Made by a program: the position numbers and the translations under genes. A stretch of 64,000 bases of DNA from Squalus acanthias (taxonomy: Eukaryota). Below, in pieces: positions 35,214-48,098 of the stretch. The stretch's first letter is position 1. Every line of letters starts with the position of its first letter. The notes below the pieces were generated by a model. That model was not told the DNA's origin. It did no database searches and saw only the letters and a program-made list of their open reading frames with translations. The stretch spans positions 129,768,001 to 129,832,000 of the forward strand of contig CM059432.1 of NCBI GenBank assembly GCA_030390025.1. Direction: 5' to 3'.

Positions 35214-37031
35214 GGGGAGAATTTTCCGGGGTGGTAGCAGGCGAGATCGGTGGCGGGTCGGGTGGGAAAGTTGTTGTTTTTGACAGCGGGTTGGGAACCC
35301 GCTGTCATCTCGCTCCCACGCGCCTTTCCCCCAGGTGCGTCTGTCATCGCGGAGCCGACCCGACCGGCAGTGGCGGGCGACCCAATTGAAATCATTATCA
35401 AGTAGTTTACAGGCACTTAAGAGCCTTTTTTTCACTTACTTTTTAAATTTCCCTGCATGGCCACGGGATTCACGCAGCTCGGGAACCACACCTGAAGCAG
35501 GAGTTCCGTGGCCATTGCTCCAGCTGATTACTTGACAGCATCAAATGTACAGTAAAAGCTCCCACCTGACAGGTGATCACTTTCCTCAGGCAGAAGCTGT
35601 TGGTCAGTCCATTTCCAGCACAGATTCCGCAGGCTGCAAGTGTTTCCAGCAAAGTCTCCATCCAGTGTCACCTCATTGGAAGAACTTTCTCACCATTGAC
35701 AGATTGCTTCTGTTAACTCTACTTCACCTGCCATCTATTCCATCAACATGGGTGCCGTTTATACTGTCTCACCTTGGTCTTCAGAATCCAACCACGATCA
35801 GCCCCAACATCAGCAGCACCAGGTACACCAGCAGCAGCAACAACAACATCACCAAACTTCTCCGCATTCACCTGATGCTGCACAGGACAGAGGGCATCAG
35901 CACCCAACCACATTGCTGCCTGGGAGGCCAGGGATGGCCTCATCATGGCCAGATTTAGTTAACTCTACGCTGTACACCTGCCGCATGATGCGTCAGGTTG
36001 GCACCACCCCACACCAACACCATAAATCATCCCTACAATGCCCAAGCCATTCCTTTCACACTCATCACCATTGCGGGGGATACCGTTATGTCTCACCATT
36101 CACTGCAACTCACTAAGCCACTTCCAAAGGTGCACACAAGTCTGTCCAAGGCCGGAAAGTGTTGAAAATAAAGATTTTTATGTTTGACAACACATTAACA
36201 GAAACTTTACATAAACATTGGATAAAACATCCAAGTGGCTACCCTTGTATGTTGTTAGTTGATATGATTGCACTAGGATGAGGGTGAGTGTGAGGGGTGA
36301 CTAGTGAGATGGGGATGTGATAATGTAGATATGATGCGGAGATGCCGGTGTTGGACTGGGGTGGACAAAATTGAGAGGTCTCAATAATGTAGATAGACAG
36401 GGATGTGTGGAGGTGCAAGGTAAGTTGGTGTGAGTAAGGATGTGCAGGAGTAGGGTAGGGAAGGCAGAGTGATGGGGATCTGATGAGAGGCACAGCAGGA
36501 TGCAGTTGAGTGTGACTTTGTACTAACAGTTCCTGATCTAATGAGATAATTGAAACGTTTGTGGCACTGCACCCAGGTCCTCCTGACAACATCCCTGCTT
36601 GTGACCTCCTCCGCAATGTGCAACCAGGCTGTCTTGGGCTCCTGCGGAGGTCTCTTCCGCCCATGGGAAGAGAAGAGAACCTCCCTGTGTGCTCTGACTC
36701 CCTCCATAAGCATATGGAGGGAGTCATCGGAGAACCTGGGTGCAGCTCTCTGCCTCTGTGCAGTCATTGTCAGTGTTTGCAGCACTATGTTAGATTAAAC
36801 TTCAAATGTAATGTGGCCATGGTTCCTTTAAGGATCCCAGCTGAAAACGTGTCATGAATAATGTCTCCAGACCTGCTCCATCTCATTGGACCGGGTAACT
36901 CGCTGGGCGGGCTTAATAGGCCATATTAAGGTAAGTTCATTTTCAACAGCGGGATGGAGCCTGCAGTGGGGTCGCGACCCGCCACAGACACCGCCCACAC
37001 CGAACCGGCCCAGGTAGGCAAAATTCCGGCC
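35214..37031. mobile_element. Internally deleted PIF/Harbinger transposon
   Basis: TIR-like GGGGAGAATTTT and AAAATTCCGGCC, near-TSD TCT/TCC, a Myb/SANT exon on the minus strand, and a possible transposase C-terminal stub AWEARDGLIMARFS* at 35918-35962 on the plus strand. Confidence 0.75.
36528..36767 (-). CDS. Myb/SANT-like DNA-binding protein exon 1 of the Harbinger element (80 codons, ends at a GT donor)
   Basis: MTAQRQRAAPRFSDDSLHMLMEGVRAHREVLF...AWLHIAEEV...RTWVQCHKRFNYL, followed by GTTAGT and a pyrimidine-rich intron. Confidence 0.7.
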
Positions 37032-37312
37032 TCCATCTCTGAGCCATGCAAGCTAAGAGGGTCCCAGGTTTGATGTCTCATCTGTATTAGTTTAGCTAAT
37101 TTCAGTTGGGGCTGCAATAGGCTACAGGCATAATTGGCTACAGAGCCCAGGATTAAGATCCCAGTTCCTGACACTGTGGTTTATGTTTGGATAATTAATG
37201 CCTCCGATTATTTCTGCAGGCTTCTATAGTTTGACTATATCGCTCTGCCTCTATCTCATTTTGGCCGTTCGGTGGTATATAATAAACTTCCAATAGAGCA
37301 ACAGTCCCAGTT

Positions 37313-37700
37313 CTTGAGCACAAAAATCTAGGCTGACTTTCCAGTGCAGTACTGAGGGAGTGCTGCCCTGTCGGAGGTGCCATCTTTCGGATGAGACATT
37401 AAACCGAGGCCTCGTCTGCTCTCTCAGTTCGACGTATAAGATCCCATGGCACTATTTCAAAGAAGAGCAGGGGAGTTATCCCCGGTGTCCTGGCCAATAT
37501 TTATCCCTCAATCAACATCACTAAATACAGATTATCTGGTCATTATCACCTTGCTGTTTGTGGGACCTTGCTGTGCACACATTGGCTGCTACATTTCCAA
37601 CACTACAACAGTGACTACACTTCAAAAAGTACTTCATTGGTTGTAAAGCACTTTGGGATGTTTTGAGATTCTGAAACGTGCTATATAAATGCAAGTCTGT
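37313..37700 (+). mobile_element. 5'-truncated DeuSINE (SacSINE1-like) with an L2-like 3' tail
   Basis: Same body as 500-820. The tail GTAAAGCACTTTGGGATG...GCTATATAAATGCAAGT resembles the L2 3' ends in this window. Confidence 0.85.
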
Positions 37701-37919
37701 CCTTTCTTTTTTCTCTGTATGCATGCCAACCTGGACAACTCCCAAAATCTGACTAACAACTCAAAAAGTTTGAATTCTGACGACCCTCTGTCCCCATGTA
37801 CTCAGAAAACAGCCCTGAAGAGCCCAATGACTCCTGGTTACACTGAAAATGCAGGTGTCAGGGGCTTGTTAAATTTTTCATCGCTTGTATAGGAGAAGAT
37901 TGTGGGGAAAAAATTGCAG

Positions 37920-38180
37920 GTATCTCATTTCTTGCAGAAAAATTGCAGGCTTTTGTGGATTATGTATTGGTACTCCGTTAAAATTGTTTATGTGGCGGGT
38001 GGCTGTATTAATCAAAGACTTTATTACAGCACTAGACCATAAGGATGATATAGGGGATGGTGCAAAAGCTGAATCTATTTGATTAGAGTTAAGGAATAAA
38101 AAGGGACCTGTTACTCTATTGGAAGTTTATTATAGACTATCGAAGAGGGAAAATGAAATAGAGGCAGAAACCTGAAGAAA
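37920..38180 (+). mobile_element. Old CR1 endonuclease-region fragment (similar minus-strand piece at ~37205-37300)
   Basis: Degenerate VAVLIKD...AESI*LELRNKKG..TLL.VYYR, typical of the CR1 APE domain. Confidence 0.55.
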
Positions 38181-39718
38181 TAATCAGTGAAGTTAATTAT
38201 CCGAACATAAACTACAGTGAAAGGCCTCCAGCATGAAATTGTCTTTATTTTGGTGCTAATTAGCGTTCAATTGGTAGCCTCATTCTGATAAACGATTGAA
38301 CAACTGTTCAATGTCACACTGGTGCAACTGGGAGAACTCTTCAAAGACTGGGGCACAGACACATTGTTGGGAAGGTGCCGAGCCGTTGGCTCATCTCAGA
38401 CTGCTTGATCCTGACACTAGATGCCCTCAATGGGAAGTATTCCATCTCCCAGCGCTGACATCCTTTATCTTCAGGATTACAAATATTACCAAATGAAAAA
38501 TTAAACAAAAATACGTTTAAAACAAATGATAAAAAAAATTGCAAAATGATCAACCGTATTTTCTGCTTCTAACACTTTAAAACAAATGTTCTCACTGAAG
38601 AAAATGGTGAAGCTAAAGGCTTAGTATTGCAATTTATGAAGTAATGAATGGATTTACCACAACATTAATTCTTCCCCTCTTATTGAGATTAAATCGGCTA
38701 ATCTACATGTGGCCATGTACCATAAAACAGGAGAGCTTCATGGTACAATGCGTTTGCATTATCAAGTCTTTGACATAATTCCCAAAGTATGCTGCATCGG
38801 GTGGAGAAAGTGTCATATTTCCATTTACGGAAAATAAAATTGAAAATAAGGCAAGTGAATTTTTAGAGAGCCGTATTCAATGTGCAGTGTTTCACAATCA
38901 CATTTCATGAATACTCGGTGCTTTGTGTTATACAAAACTCTTGAGTTGTCATGATATAAATAATGCACTCTAATTGTAACTTTCTAAAAAACATCGCCTG
39001 CCTTCTAAAAAGAATCATAAATTGTGGTCTGACGCTTTGCTGCATTCTGCATTTGAATGGAAGATATTCTCTGAGTACATCAAGGTTCATTATGTTATAT
39101 AAAATTGTTGGATATACAGTCCTAAAGAATAATGAATACCCCAGAGTGATTACAAGGCAGTAATCTCATCAAGGTATGTGATGACCGACAACCTGAAAGA
39201 TTGCATCCTTGAAATCACACCTGAGTGCCTATTATTTTTCCTTTTATTACATATATATGACGTTCAGAGCGTGGTTTTATTCATTTTTGGATCCTTTTGT
39301 GATATCACTAGCAACTAGTTATGGCCCAGACCAATAGTAAGTATGCTCCAGTTTATTCATAATGCATTGCTTCTTCTGAGAACTGCACCTACATTTGCAT
39401 GAATTACTATACTGTCTGGCAGCTATGGGATTTGAACCAATGCCACTAAGGTAGCTGGAATCTTAATATAAGTGTTTTGAACAGCCACAACCCGACCTAT
39501 CTTGTCAGCCATAATGTATTGATAGATATACTCAAGGATTAATGGTTGTTGTATAAACAATGCAGATTGATTTAGTGGTGATAAACAATTGATTAAGAAC
39601 ATAGCATAACACCAGCAAATATTGTACAGGAGATACTGGATAAATGAGACTAGATTGCAACACAGCAATACTATCAGCGGTTTCAGACAATGTCATAAAC
39701 CACATGTGTGAAGATCAA

Positions 39719-40394
39719 GGCCGCGAAATTCGGCTCCTTTGCGCCTGCTGTTAGCACCTCCGGGGGGCGCTAACGGGGCGCAAAGGGCTTATCGCCCGGG
39801 CGGGGGCGCCTCCCGAGAAATTCGGCGGGGCGTAACTGAGGCGCCCTGCCGCAACCCCTTAACTGCCCCGTGGCAGAAATTCGGCTGCGTCCCGCGAGAA
39901 TGCTGCGGCTGGTGTCAGCGCCAGCCTCGCGAGTCGCGAGCCAGGCCGACCTCCGCTCGTGGGGCGCTATTTAGCGGGAGGTGCAGCTGCCACCCGCGCC
40001 GCCATTTTATGTTTTTTGGCCGACCTCCAGGTTGGGCCTCCGTGGCAGCCCTTGGCGTGGTCCGTGGCCGCCATTGCGCAGCCACGGCACCACACCACCC
40101 TGGTGGGCTAGTGTGGGCCATCGGAAGCCCTGCAGAGCTCGTAGCGTCCCTCCCCTTTAACGGAAGGGGAGGGGCGCTGAAATGCGTCAGCGCTACGCGG
40201 AGCTGCCGCGTAGCACTCCGACGCTACCGCGCTTTGCGCCCCCGACACTGCCCCCAGAGGAGGTGGAGCGCCTGAGATAGTTCTCCACTTCCTCGCCAGG
40301 GCGGTAAGCCGAATTTAGTGGCCTGGGCAGTACATCCACGCCAGGCGCTAAATCTCCGGCGATAATTCGGTTATCGCCCCCAAATATCACCCCC
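39719..40394. mobile_element. GC/CpG-rich Harbinger-type MITE, TSD CAA
   Basis: Termini GGCCGCGAAATT and AATATCACCCCC, with CAA at 39716-39718 and 40395-40397. Confidence 0.75.
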
Positions 40395-40439
40395 CAAAAC
40401 TCTGGTACCCATTAAAATACAAACACCATCCCGAGTTTC

Positions 40440-40710
40440 TCACCGAGATATTCTCACTCCTTTCCTCTCTCTGCCTCTGCATTGAGAAACTTCCCATCTT
40501 GGGTGGTTTCAATCAACATCTCAACTCACCTTTCTCCTCTGAGTTCACGGCCCTCCTGTCCTCCCTTAACCCTTCCGTCCATATAAACACTCCTACGCAT
40601 ATTCATGGCCACCCTCTTGACCTTGTCATTTCACATGACTTCTCTATTTCCACCGTCACAGACAAGACCACTCCTGATCACTTCCTTGTATCACTCAAAA
40701 ACTCACATTC
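40440..40710 (+). mobile_element. Old L2 endonuclease fragment, followed by a small MITE piece (40716-40798)
   Basis: GGFNQHLN...INTPTHIHGHPLDLVI...DHFLV. Confidence 0.65.
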
Positions 40711-41652
40711 ACCTTCCACTGACTTCAATGGAAATAAAAATCAGGAGAGATGTAAAACGGGCTGCCGATTACACAGTCCACAAAAATCAAAATTACCAGC
40801 CTTGGTTTTAGAGAGCAGCTGGTACATTATCATTTTCCTTCTGGGCTGCTCGGCAGTGTATAATTTTCACCTAGCTCTTTATTTTAATCAGATAATTTAC
40901 CGTACTGTTTCTTGCTTCTTGCTGATACAGCCAAGCCGTGCCTTTGGCATGTTCCCAGCTAACAGGCTCCAGTTGACAATCTTTGGGGGCGCTGGGAATC
41001 TATTTGTTTATTGAAGATCTGCTTTAAGTTGAGATTCAGATTCAGATCCAACAGATTATCTCACTTCAAAGCTTGGAAATAAAAATGTGCACGAGTGAAG
41101 TTGGAGAGAGAGCAGTCTCTGTACAGCAAAGGAAGCGGACACATCAGACGCAACTGATTAACTTAAATAATGTGCCAAGGAGATCAAAGAGGTGCAATGT
41201 CCCAGGCCAACTGGACTGCCAGGGGGATGATTGCCTGGGTTATACAGCTTCCCCCAGACTATTGCAAAAGTGAAGGAGCTGCACCAAAAACCCACAAAGA
41301 AACTTTGACAAGGTCTTCAGACAAGTTTCTGCTAATATGGTATCATGTATATACAGAATGGACTTAAAGGGGAGGTAAAGTTGACTGAATTCTGCCATAA
41401 TCCGAAATGTTGTAAAGGCTGTACCTGTACACTTTCGCTCAGGCACCTCTTGCAGGCCTATTTAACACTTTATAAAGCCTGCTGAATGGCAGCCCGAAAG
41501 CAGTCTTTCTGTAGCGAAATTCTGGGACATGGAATTCGATCCCAGTGACATCGTAAACAGGGACATTGGACTGTGGGCTAAATTTTATGCAGAGTTTTTA
41601 CACAGATTGTCTGCATCTATGCTGCTTCTCAGCAGTAATTCTAAAGCATAAT

Positions 41653-42404
41653 GGCCCAGATATTCCGATCCCTACGGGTGGGTACGCGCCGTGTACCCAC
41701 CCGTACGGACATCGGAAATGCCGGTTTCAGCATGCGCTGAAAACCGCATTTCCGATCTGTCAAGAATGGTCTTCACAGATCCTCCGGCTGCCCTGGAGAA
41801 GGGCCTCTGCGGGCAGATAGTTCCGCTTTTTGGAGACCCTCCGCCCGCAGAAAACCCTTACAATTCTTACGCCTGGTAAAAGCAGGCATAAGGCCTGCTT
41901 TTACCAGGATAAGAGTTGAAAAAAGTCATTAAAAAATATATTTTTTTTTCACTGATTTATCATTTAAAAATAGTTTAAAAAAGGTAAGTTTATTTTTAGC
42001 CCCGTAAAAAACTTTAATTATTTTTTTCAAAAAATTAAATTTTTGTTTAAAATACTTAATTTATTGTAATTTCAAGTCATTTTAAAAATGTGATTTTTAA
42101 AAAAAAAATTATTTAAAGTTTTACTATGTTTTTTCATTGATCTCCATTCATATATTTGACAGGTCTTCCTGTCAAATGTATGAAGGGAGATTCCCTTCTG
42201 TGATTGGCTCCCCATGGCCCACGTGATCCCAGGGACGCTGCGAACTACCTGCGCCTCTGGGATACGTGGGCCCTGCGCATTTGGAGTTTGGTGAGGCCCA
42301 GGAGCGGAAGCGTGTGCGTCCCGGGAGTCCTCAGGTAAGGGCGCAGATTTTTCCAGATCACAGGCCTCCGCCCGCGGGAGGCTTGCGATCGGAAAATACG
42401 GCCC
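41653..42404. mobile_element. Harbinger-type MITE, TSD AAT
   Basis: Imperfect 18-bp TIR GGCCCAGATATTCCGATC / GATCGGAAAATACGGCCC, with AAT on both sides. Confidence 0.85.
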
Positions 42405-43501
42405 AATATATCGCACAATTAAAGCAAATAAGGGAGGCAGACAAGCACATCTAGGAATGGCCAAATGGACCATTTAGTACCAATTTTGCGATCCCAGAGA
42501 CATTGGGGCTCGCAATGCTCAAGGTGTTGCAATCTAAAGTCCTCTCGTTGGCTCCCTGCTCGTCTCATCCTGAAGTGGTTGTCCTCATCCAAATCACACA
42601 GCAGTACACAGTGAGTCCTATCTGCCCAACCTTCTTAAGTGCAACTTGTACTGTTGCAGCTTTACCACTTTAAATTGGAGGTTAAATACCACTTAGGATT
42701 ATGGGACAATTCTGTGGACTATGCTTCCCTTTAAACTGACAAAATGTCCAAATGCACTATTTGTTTGAAAAGGGGCAGACTATTTGAATTTGTCAATTTA
42801 CCATTTCCAAATAACATATGTTCAAATTGGTTAGATTCCAATTTAAAATGTTGATTTGGAACTCAACCCTAGCATTTACAGAAGATTGGCAATGCCTCAG
42901 GTTTAGGGTCCTTGTTGTTGTATAATGGAACTTTATGTCAAAGCTGGGCCTGTCTCTGTAGATTGTACTATTTCACTCAGTAACCCAATGCAGGAGCTGG
43001 TCCTTTCAGTTTGCCTCAAGTCGTTTCAACCAGGTACTTCTGCTTTTTGTTTCAGTCAGTGGTAGCTCCTGTGAATGAGAGCTCACATACACTGCGATGT
43101 TTTACCTTGTCTGGTTCTCTCTGTAATTATTAGGCAAAGGGCAAGAAGTTTTAGAATTCCCTTGATAGATTTAAGACTCGTAATTCTTGCCTGTAATTGA
43201 GAAACAACAATTGGGAATATTTTCATTTACGTAGTTTAGTCTCTGATTAATGAATTACTGAGCTGTTCTGAAAATTCCTTGAGAGGTTTAATTTTCACTA
43301 TTTTAAGTAGCAGAACATATCTGAGGCCTTGAAAGTCATTTTGGCAATTGCTAATTATTTTGCTATGGAGTTGCAGTGATAATAATATCACAAACAAACT
43401 CAACTCTCTTCAGTGAACACTGCACTCCACTATTCCCTGCTGTCAGTTTCTTTCCCAAAACTGGAAAAGTCTAAAAGGATGAAGCCCCAGACACAAACAA
43501 T

Positions 43502-43800
43502 GGCCTCGATATTAACCCCCACACGAAGTGGGTCGGGGGGGAGGTTAAATATTTTTTAAACGGGCAACGTGTCGCCAACCCACCGCGCACACGCACGCGC
43601 ACGTTGCCGTTTTTACAGTGGTGGGTTTCGAGCCGTGCGAGTGTCTCGCCCTCGCGAGGCGGGACACTTCATTAACATATTTAGATCAGGCTCCCACAGT
43701 GCAATTGGGAGCCTGATTTAAGTTTAACAGTTGCCGGCCGGGTTTCCCAGGGCTCAGGAAATCCGGCAGCGAAAGGGAGGCCTCCCCGCTGTCGATCACG
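43502..43800. mobile_element. Harbinger-type element fragment
   Basis: Starts GGCCTCGATATTAACCCC; GC-rich; shares CATTAACAT with the element at 50570; right end unresolved. Confidence 0.45.
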
Positions 43801-44394
43801 GCCTCTCTCTCCTCCCTGCCGCGATCACCGACCTCCCCCACAACCCCCTCTAGCCCCGATCTCTTGCTCCCTTCCCCCTCCCGGTTGCTGGCACTTCAAG
43901 ATGGGCAACAAATGTTGCTTTGCCTGCGTTGTCCACATCCCCAGAACAAGTAAAAAAAATACTGCCATGTGCCAGCACACCCCCAATATTGCTAAACCCT
44001 CTTCCTCCTTTAGGAAACCCTCCCCTAAACGTTTCCCACCACGCTTAGATTCTGCGACCGCCTTCCACAAACGCTCCCAAGTCTTAGCACCCCTCTCCCG
44101 GTGATTCCCGATCCCAGGATTTGTCCCATTGTTCCCATCACCTCCCTTCCGATATTCCTGGATCCCCCTCCCAGTGAGCTGAAATCCTTGTAACCTCCTC
44201 AAAGTACTACTAGATCTTGAATCACGTCTCAGTATTGCCAGACAATGGGCCATTTCCAGGATCGTCCAGATCCCAGTGCCACCCCAATTCTGATCAATCA
44301 ATGTCCTAGGCAGTGCAGCTTGGAATAATATCCCTGTCCTTAAAAAGCCTCTAACTCACCAAGCACACGCCACAGGAGATCATGCATGTGTGTG

Positions 44395-44533
44395 AGTCTG
44401 TGTGTGTCTGCACCTGTATGCATCTGCGCCTGTGTTTCTGCATCTGTGTGTGTCTGCGCCTGTGTGTGTCTGCGCCTGTGTGTGTCTGCGCCTGTGTGTG
44501 TCTGCGCCTGTGTGTGTCTGCGCCTGTGTGTGT
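44395..44533. repeat. 16-bp TG-rich tandem repeat (TCTGCGCCTGTGTGTG)n
   Basis: Directly visible. Confidence 0.85.
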
Positions 44534-45204
44534 AGCAAGAGTCAGTTAAAAATTTATAATTTAGTCTGTGAATTCAAATGATGCTCATAAACTACTCAAA
44601 CCTTGCTGTTGCAGTTTTAGACATTATTTGTTGATATATTTTCAAAACAGAAGAAAAGTTAAGAACAAGAAATGGTATTTTGGCCCGTCGAAGCTTATCC
44701 CTCAAGTACCCTAACTGTCTTGTTTTAACATCCAACTATATTTTGAACATCAGCTATGATTTGGTCTCTGCCACCCTGCCTGGCAGATTATTCTTGGGAT
44801 CCTCTGGGATTCTGTCCAGCTGTTTACAAATCCTTTAAATGCGGTGTTGGTACCATTCAGCAGAAAATTTACATTGCTATAGAAAATTCTGCCCACTGAA
44901 GCATATTTGTGTCTCTTCCCCACACCCCCCACCTCCCCACCCCCAAGGAATATACGGTTTCCAGCTCATTTTAGATACTCTCAGATTCTTTATGGTCCAT
45001 TCATACTTGTGATAATGTTCACAAAAGTACAAAGAGTATTCTGGGGAGACGGCATAATGCTTCATGGTCACTTTTTGTATATATATATATAGTACTTGGG
45101 AGAGTACTATTTGTACTTTTGTGAACAAGATGACAATTATTGATGCAGTCTTACTTATATTAATGACTTTTTAGGGTCAAGCCTATATCTAAATGGCAGT
45201 TTTC

Positions 45205-45945
45205 ATTTGTTCTTAGAATGTGGGCAATGCTAGCAAAGTTGTGTTTTATTGCCCATCCCTAGTTTCCCTCAGAAATTTGTGGTGGAGTTTCTTGAACCAT
45301 TGCAGTCCACGTGCTGCTAGTACTCCAACAAATGTGTTTGGTAGGGCATTCCAGGTTTTGACCCAGCGATAATGAAGGAATGGCAATATATTCCCAAGTA
45401 GGATGGTGTGTGACTTGGAGGAGAAGTTGGAGGTGATGGTTTTCCCAATGATCTTGCTGCTCTTGTTCATCATGGTGATCGGTATAAGTGAATTCCTGTA
45501 GATAGGACATACTGCAGCCACAGTGCACCAGTGCTGGAGGAGATGGATATTCAGTCCAGTGACAGTTGTTTCAACTGCATCCACCCAGGCGATTGCTGAG
45601 TGAGGCATAATACTCCTCACTTTAGCTTTAGAGATGGTGGAGAGGTGAGCTACATGTCACGGAGTACCTCGGCTCTGCCCTGCTTTTGTAGCCATGGTTT
45701 TGACATAGCTGGTCCAGTTAAGCTTCTGATCAATGGTGACCCCTAAGATCTTGATGGAAGGTCATTGATGAAGCAGCTAAAGATGGGTGGGCCAAGGCCA
45801 ATGACCTCAGGAACTCCTGCAGTAATGTCCTGGGCTATGATGATTGGCCTTCAACCATCATGACCATCTTCTATTGTGTTAGGTATGACTCCAGCCACTG
45901 GATGCTTTTCCCTTTGACCCCCACTGTCCTCAGTTATGCTTGGGC
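45205..45945 (-). mobile_element. Old, deleted Zenon-like LINE 3' fragment
   Basis: Diverged reverse match to 1270-2370 (TTTATTGCCCATCCCTA tail, GCTGGTCCAGTTAAG). Confidence 0.75.
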
Positions 45946-45962
45946 TTCATGGTTATCACGGT

Positions 45963-46473
45963 ACACTTGAGGTGATCCAAAACTTGGCTGCCCGTGTCCT
46001 AACTCGCACCAAGTCCCGTTCACCCATCATCCCTGTGCTCACTGACCTACATTGGCTCCTGGTTAAGCAATGCTTTGATTTCAAAGTTCTCATCCTTGTT
46101 TTTAAATCTTTCCATGGCCTCGCCTCCCTATCTTTGTAATCTCCTTCAGCCCCACAACCCCCTGAGATATCTGCACTCCTCTAATTCTACCCTCTTGAGC
46201 ATCCCTGATTATAATCGCGCAACCATTGGTGGCCGTGCCTTCTGTTGCCTAGGCCCTAAGCTCTGGAATTCCCTGCCTAAACCTCTCCACCTCTCTTTCC
46301 TCCTTTAAGACGTTCCTTAAAACCTACCTCTTTGACCAAGCTTTTGGACACCTGCCCTAATTTCTCCTTATGTGGCTCGGCGTCAATTTTTTTTGTCTTA
46401 TAATACTCCTGTGAAGCGCCTTGGGACGTTTTACTGCGTAAAAGGTGCTATATAAATACAAGTTGTTGTTGTT
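45963..46473 (+). mobile_element. L2 3' fragment
   Basis: LEVIQNLAARVLTRT...LHWL, with a (GTT)n tail. Confidence 0.88.
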
Positions 46474-46498
46474 ATTATTCAAATGTTATCTTAATGTT

Positions 46499-47085
46499 AA
46501 CAACAACAACAACTTGCATTTATATAGTATCTTTAACATTGCAAAGCATCCCAAGGAGCTGCACAGGAGCGTTAGCAGACAAAGTTTGACACCGAGCCAC
46601 GTAAAGAGATATTAGGATAGGTGACCAAAACCTTGGTCAAAGAGGTAGGTTTACGGAGCGTCTTAAAGGAGCGAAGAGAGATAGAGAGGTGGAGAGGTTG
46701 AGGGTGGGAATTCCAGAGCTTCGGGCCTGGGCAACTGATGGAACGACTGGCAATGGTGGGGCAATGAAAGTCGGGCATGCGCAAAAGGCCAAAATTGGTG
46801 ACGCGCAGAGATCTCTGAGGGTTGTGGGGCTGGAGGAGGATACAGAGATAGGGAGGGGCGAGGCCATGGAGGGATGTGAACATAAGGATGAGAATTTTAA
46901 AATGGCCAATGTAGGTCAGCAAGCATAGGGGTGACCGGTGAGCGGGACTTGGTGCAAGTTAGGATATGCACAGCAGAGCCTTGGATGAGCTCACGTTTAC
47001 GTAGGGGGGTCGGTGGGTAGCCGGCCAGGAGTGCATTGGAATAGTCGAGTCTGGAGATAACAAAGGCATGGATGAGGCGAGTGCA
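46499..47085 (-). mobile_element. L2 3' fragment, tail-to-tail with the preceding copy
   Basis: Starts with (CAA)n; SRLDYSNALLAG on the minus strand. Confidence 0.88.
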
Positions 47086-47817
47086 GCGAATCTCAGCTCT
47101 CCTCTGGCATGCCACCTTGCATCCGGAGGACACCTTTCAGACTGGAAGCACTCAGTTACAAGACAATTAGAGGGGGAAAATGTTTTGGAGAGGGAAAAAA
47201 TAGATACAGAACAATTAAGTAGCAGATTTCACCACAATTGCATCACGCTGCTGGCACTGCAGCGTCTTGATATTCGAAACCTCTTCACCGATGAGCTGCC
47301 TGGGGATGTCCAGCACTTGTCCGCGTGCGCCGGTCTCATATTAGGTTCGCCTCGGGCCTTCCCGTTCCGCCCAGTTCGCCTGCCAGCGCAAACAAATTTG
47401 TAGGCCTTTATTTTTTATCTACTTATGGGGCCGTGGACTTTTACCTTTTCTTTGCTCAATAAAAGGAACTCAGTGGGATCTGGATCATCCCTTCTCAGTT
47501 AATCAGCTGTAAGTAGTCAGATTCCTCTCGAAATAGGTTTTGGATTTGTTGCAATGCCAGTCCTATAATTTCCACCTGTTGAGTATTTCAAATCAAACCA
47601 AAGACAGGAGCAAAATGGTCTCAATTAGTCCATTTCTTGTTCGATTCAAAAAGACTGAAATTTAACCCATTTGGACCAGATTTCGACTGGATCACTTCAT
47701 AAGCCAGAATATGGCAACAGCAGAAATCTCTTCCTGCAGATGGCCCACGATTATGACTGTTATTAAAATGAGAAGTCGCACAACACCAGGTTATAGTCCA
47801 ACAGATTTATTTAAAAT

Positions 47818-47853
47818 TACAAGCTTTCGGAGCTGTTGCCCCTTCGTCAGGTA
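47818..47853 (-). ncRNA. Minimal hammerhead ribozyme in the Penelope pLTR (left arm)
   Basis: Exact reverse complement of 50308-50343. Confidence 0.7.
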
Positions 47854-48098
47854 GAGTTACAATGAGGGAATCTACAATATTGCACAGTATATAAACACCA
47901 AAAGCAATTTGTCTGCAGAGATACAATCTTTCAGGGAGGCCTTACATCAAAGACACACCAGAGCACAGCCAAGACAATGAGATGGGTCACAGGGGGTCCA
48001 ACGTGTCAAATCCTGCTGTCTGCAGTTGAGCTTTTAACCTTTTTTTTTTGGTGTGTGTTTTTCTTTTAAAAACTGGAAAGACAGACAACGATGTCGAG

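Noticed and set aside
39739..40275. 178-aa Arg/Gly-rich ORF and CpG-island promoter of a host gene
   Set aside because: Lies entirely within a TIR/TSD-bounded MITE and has no recognisable domain.
42204..42226. ER-stress element (CCAAT-N9-CCACG or ATTGG-N-CCACG)
   Set aside because: Spacing is ATTGG-N11-CCACG, which fits neither ERSE form.
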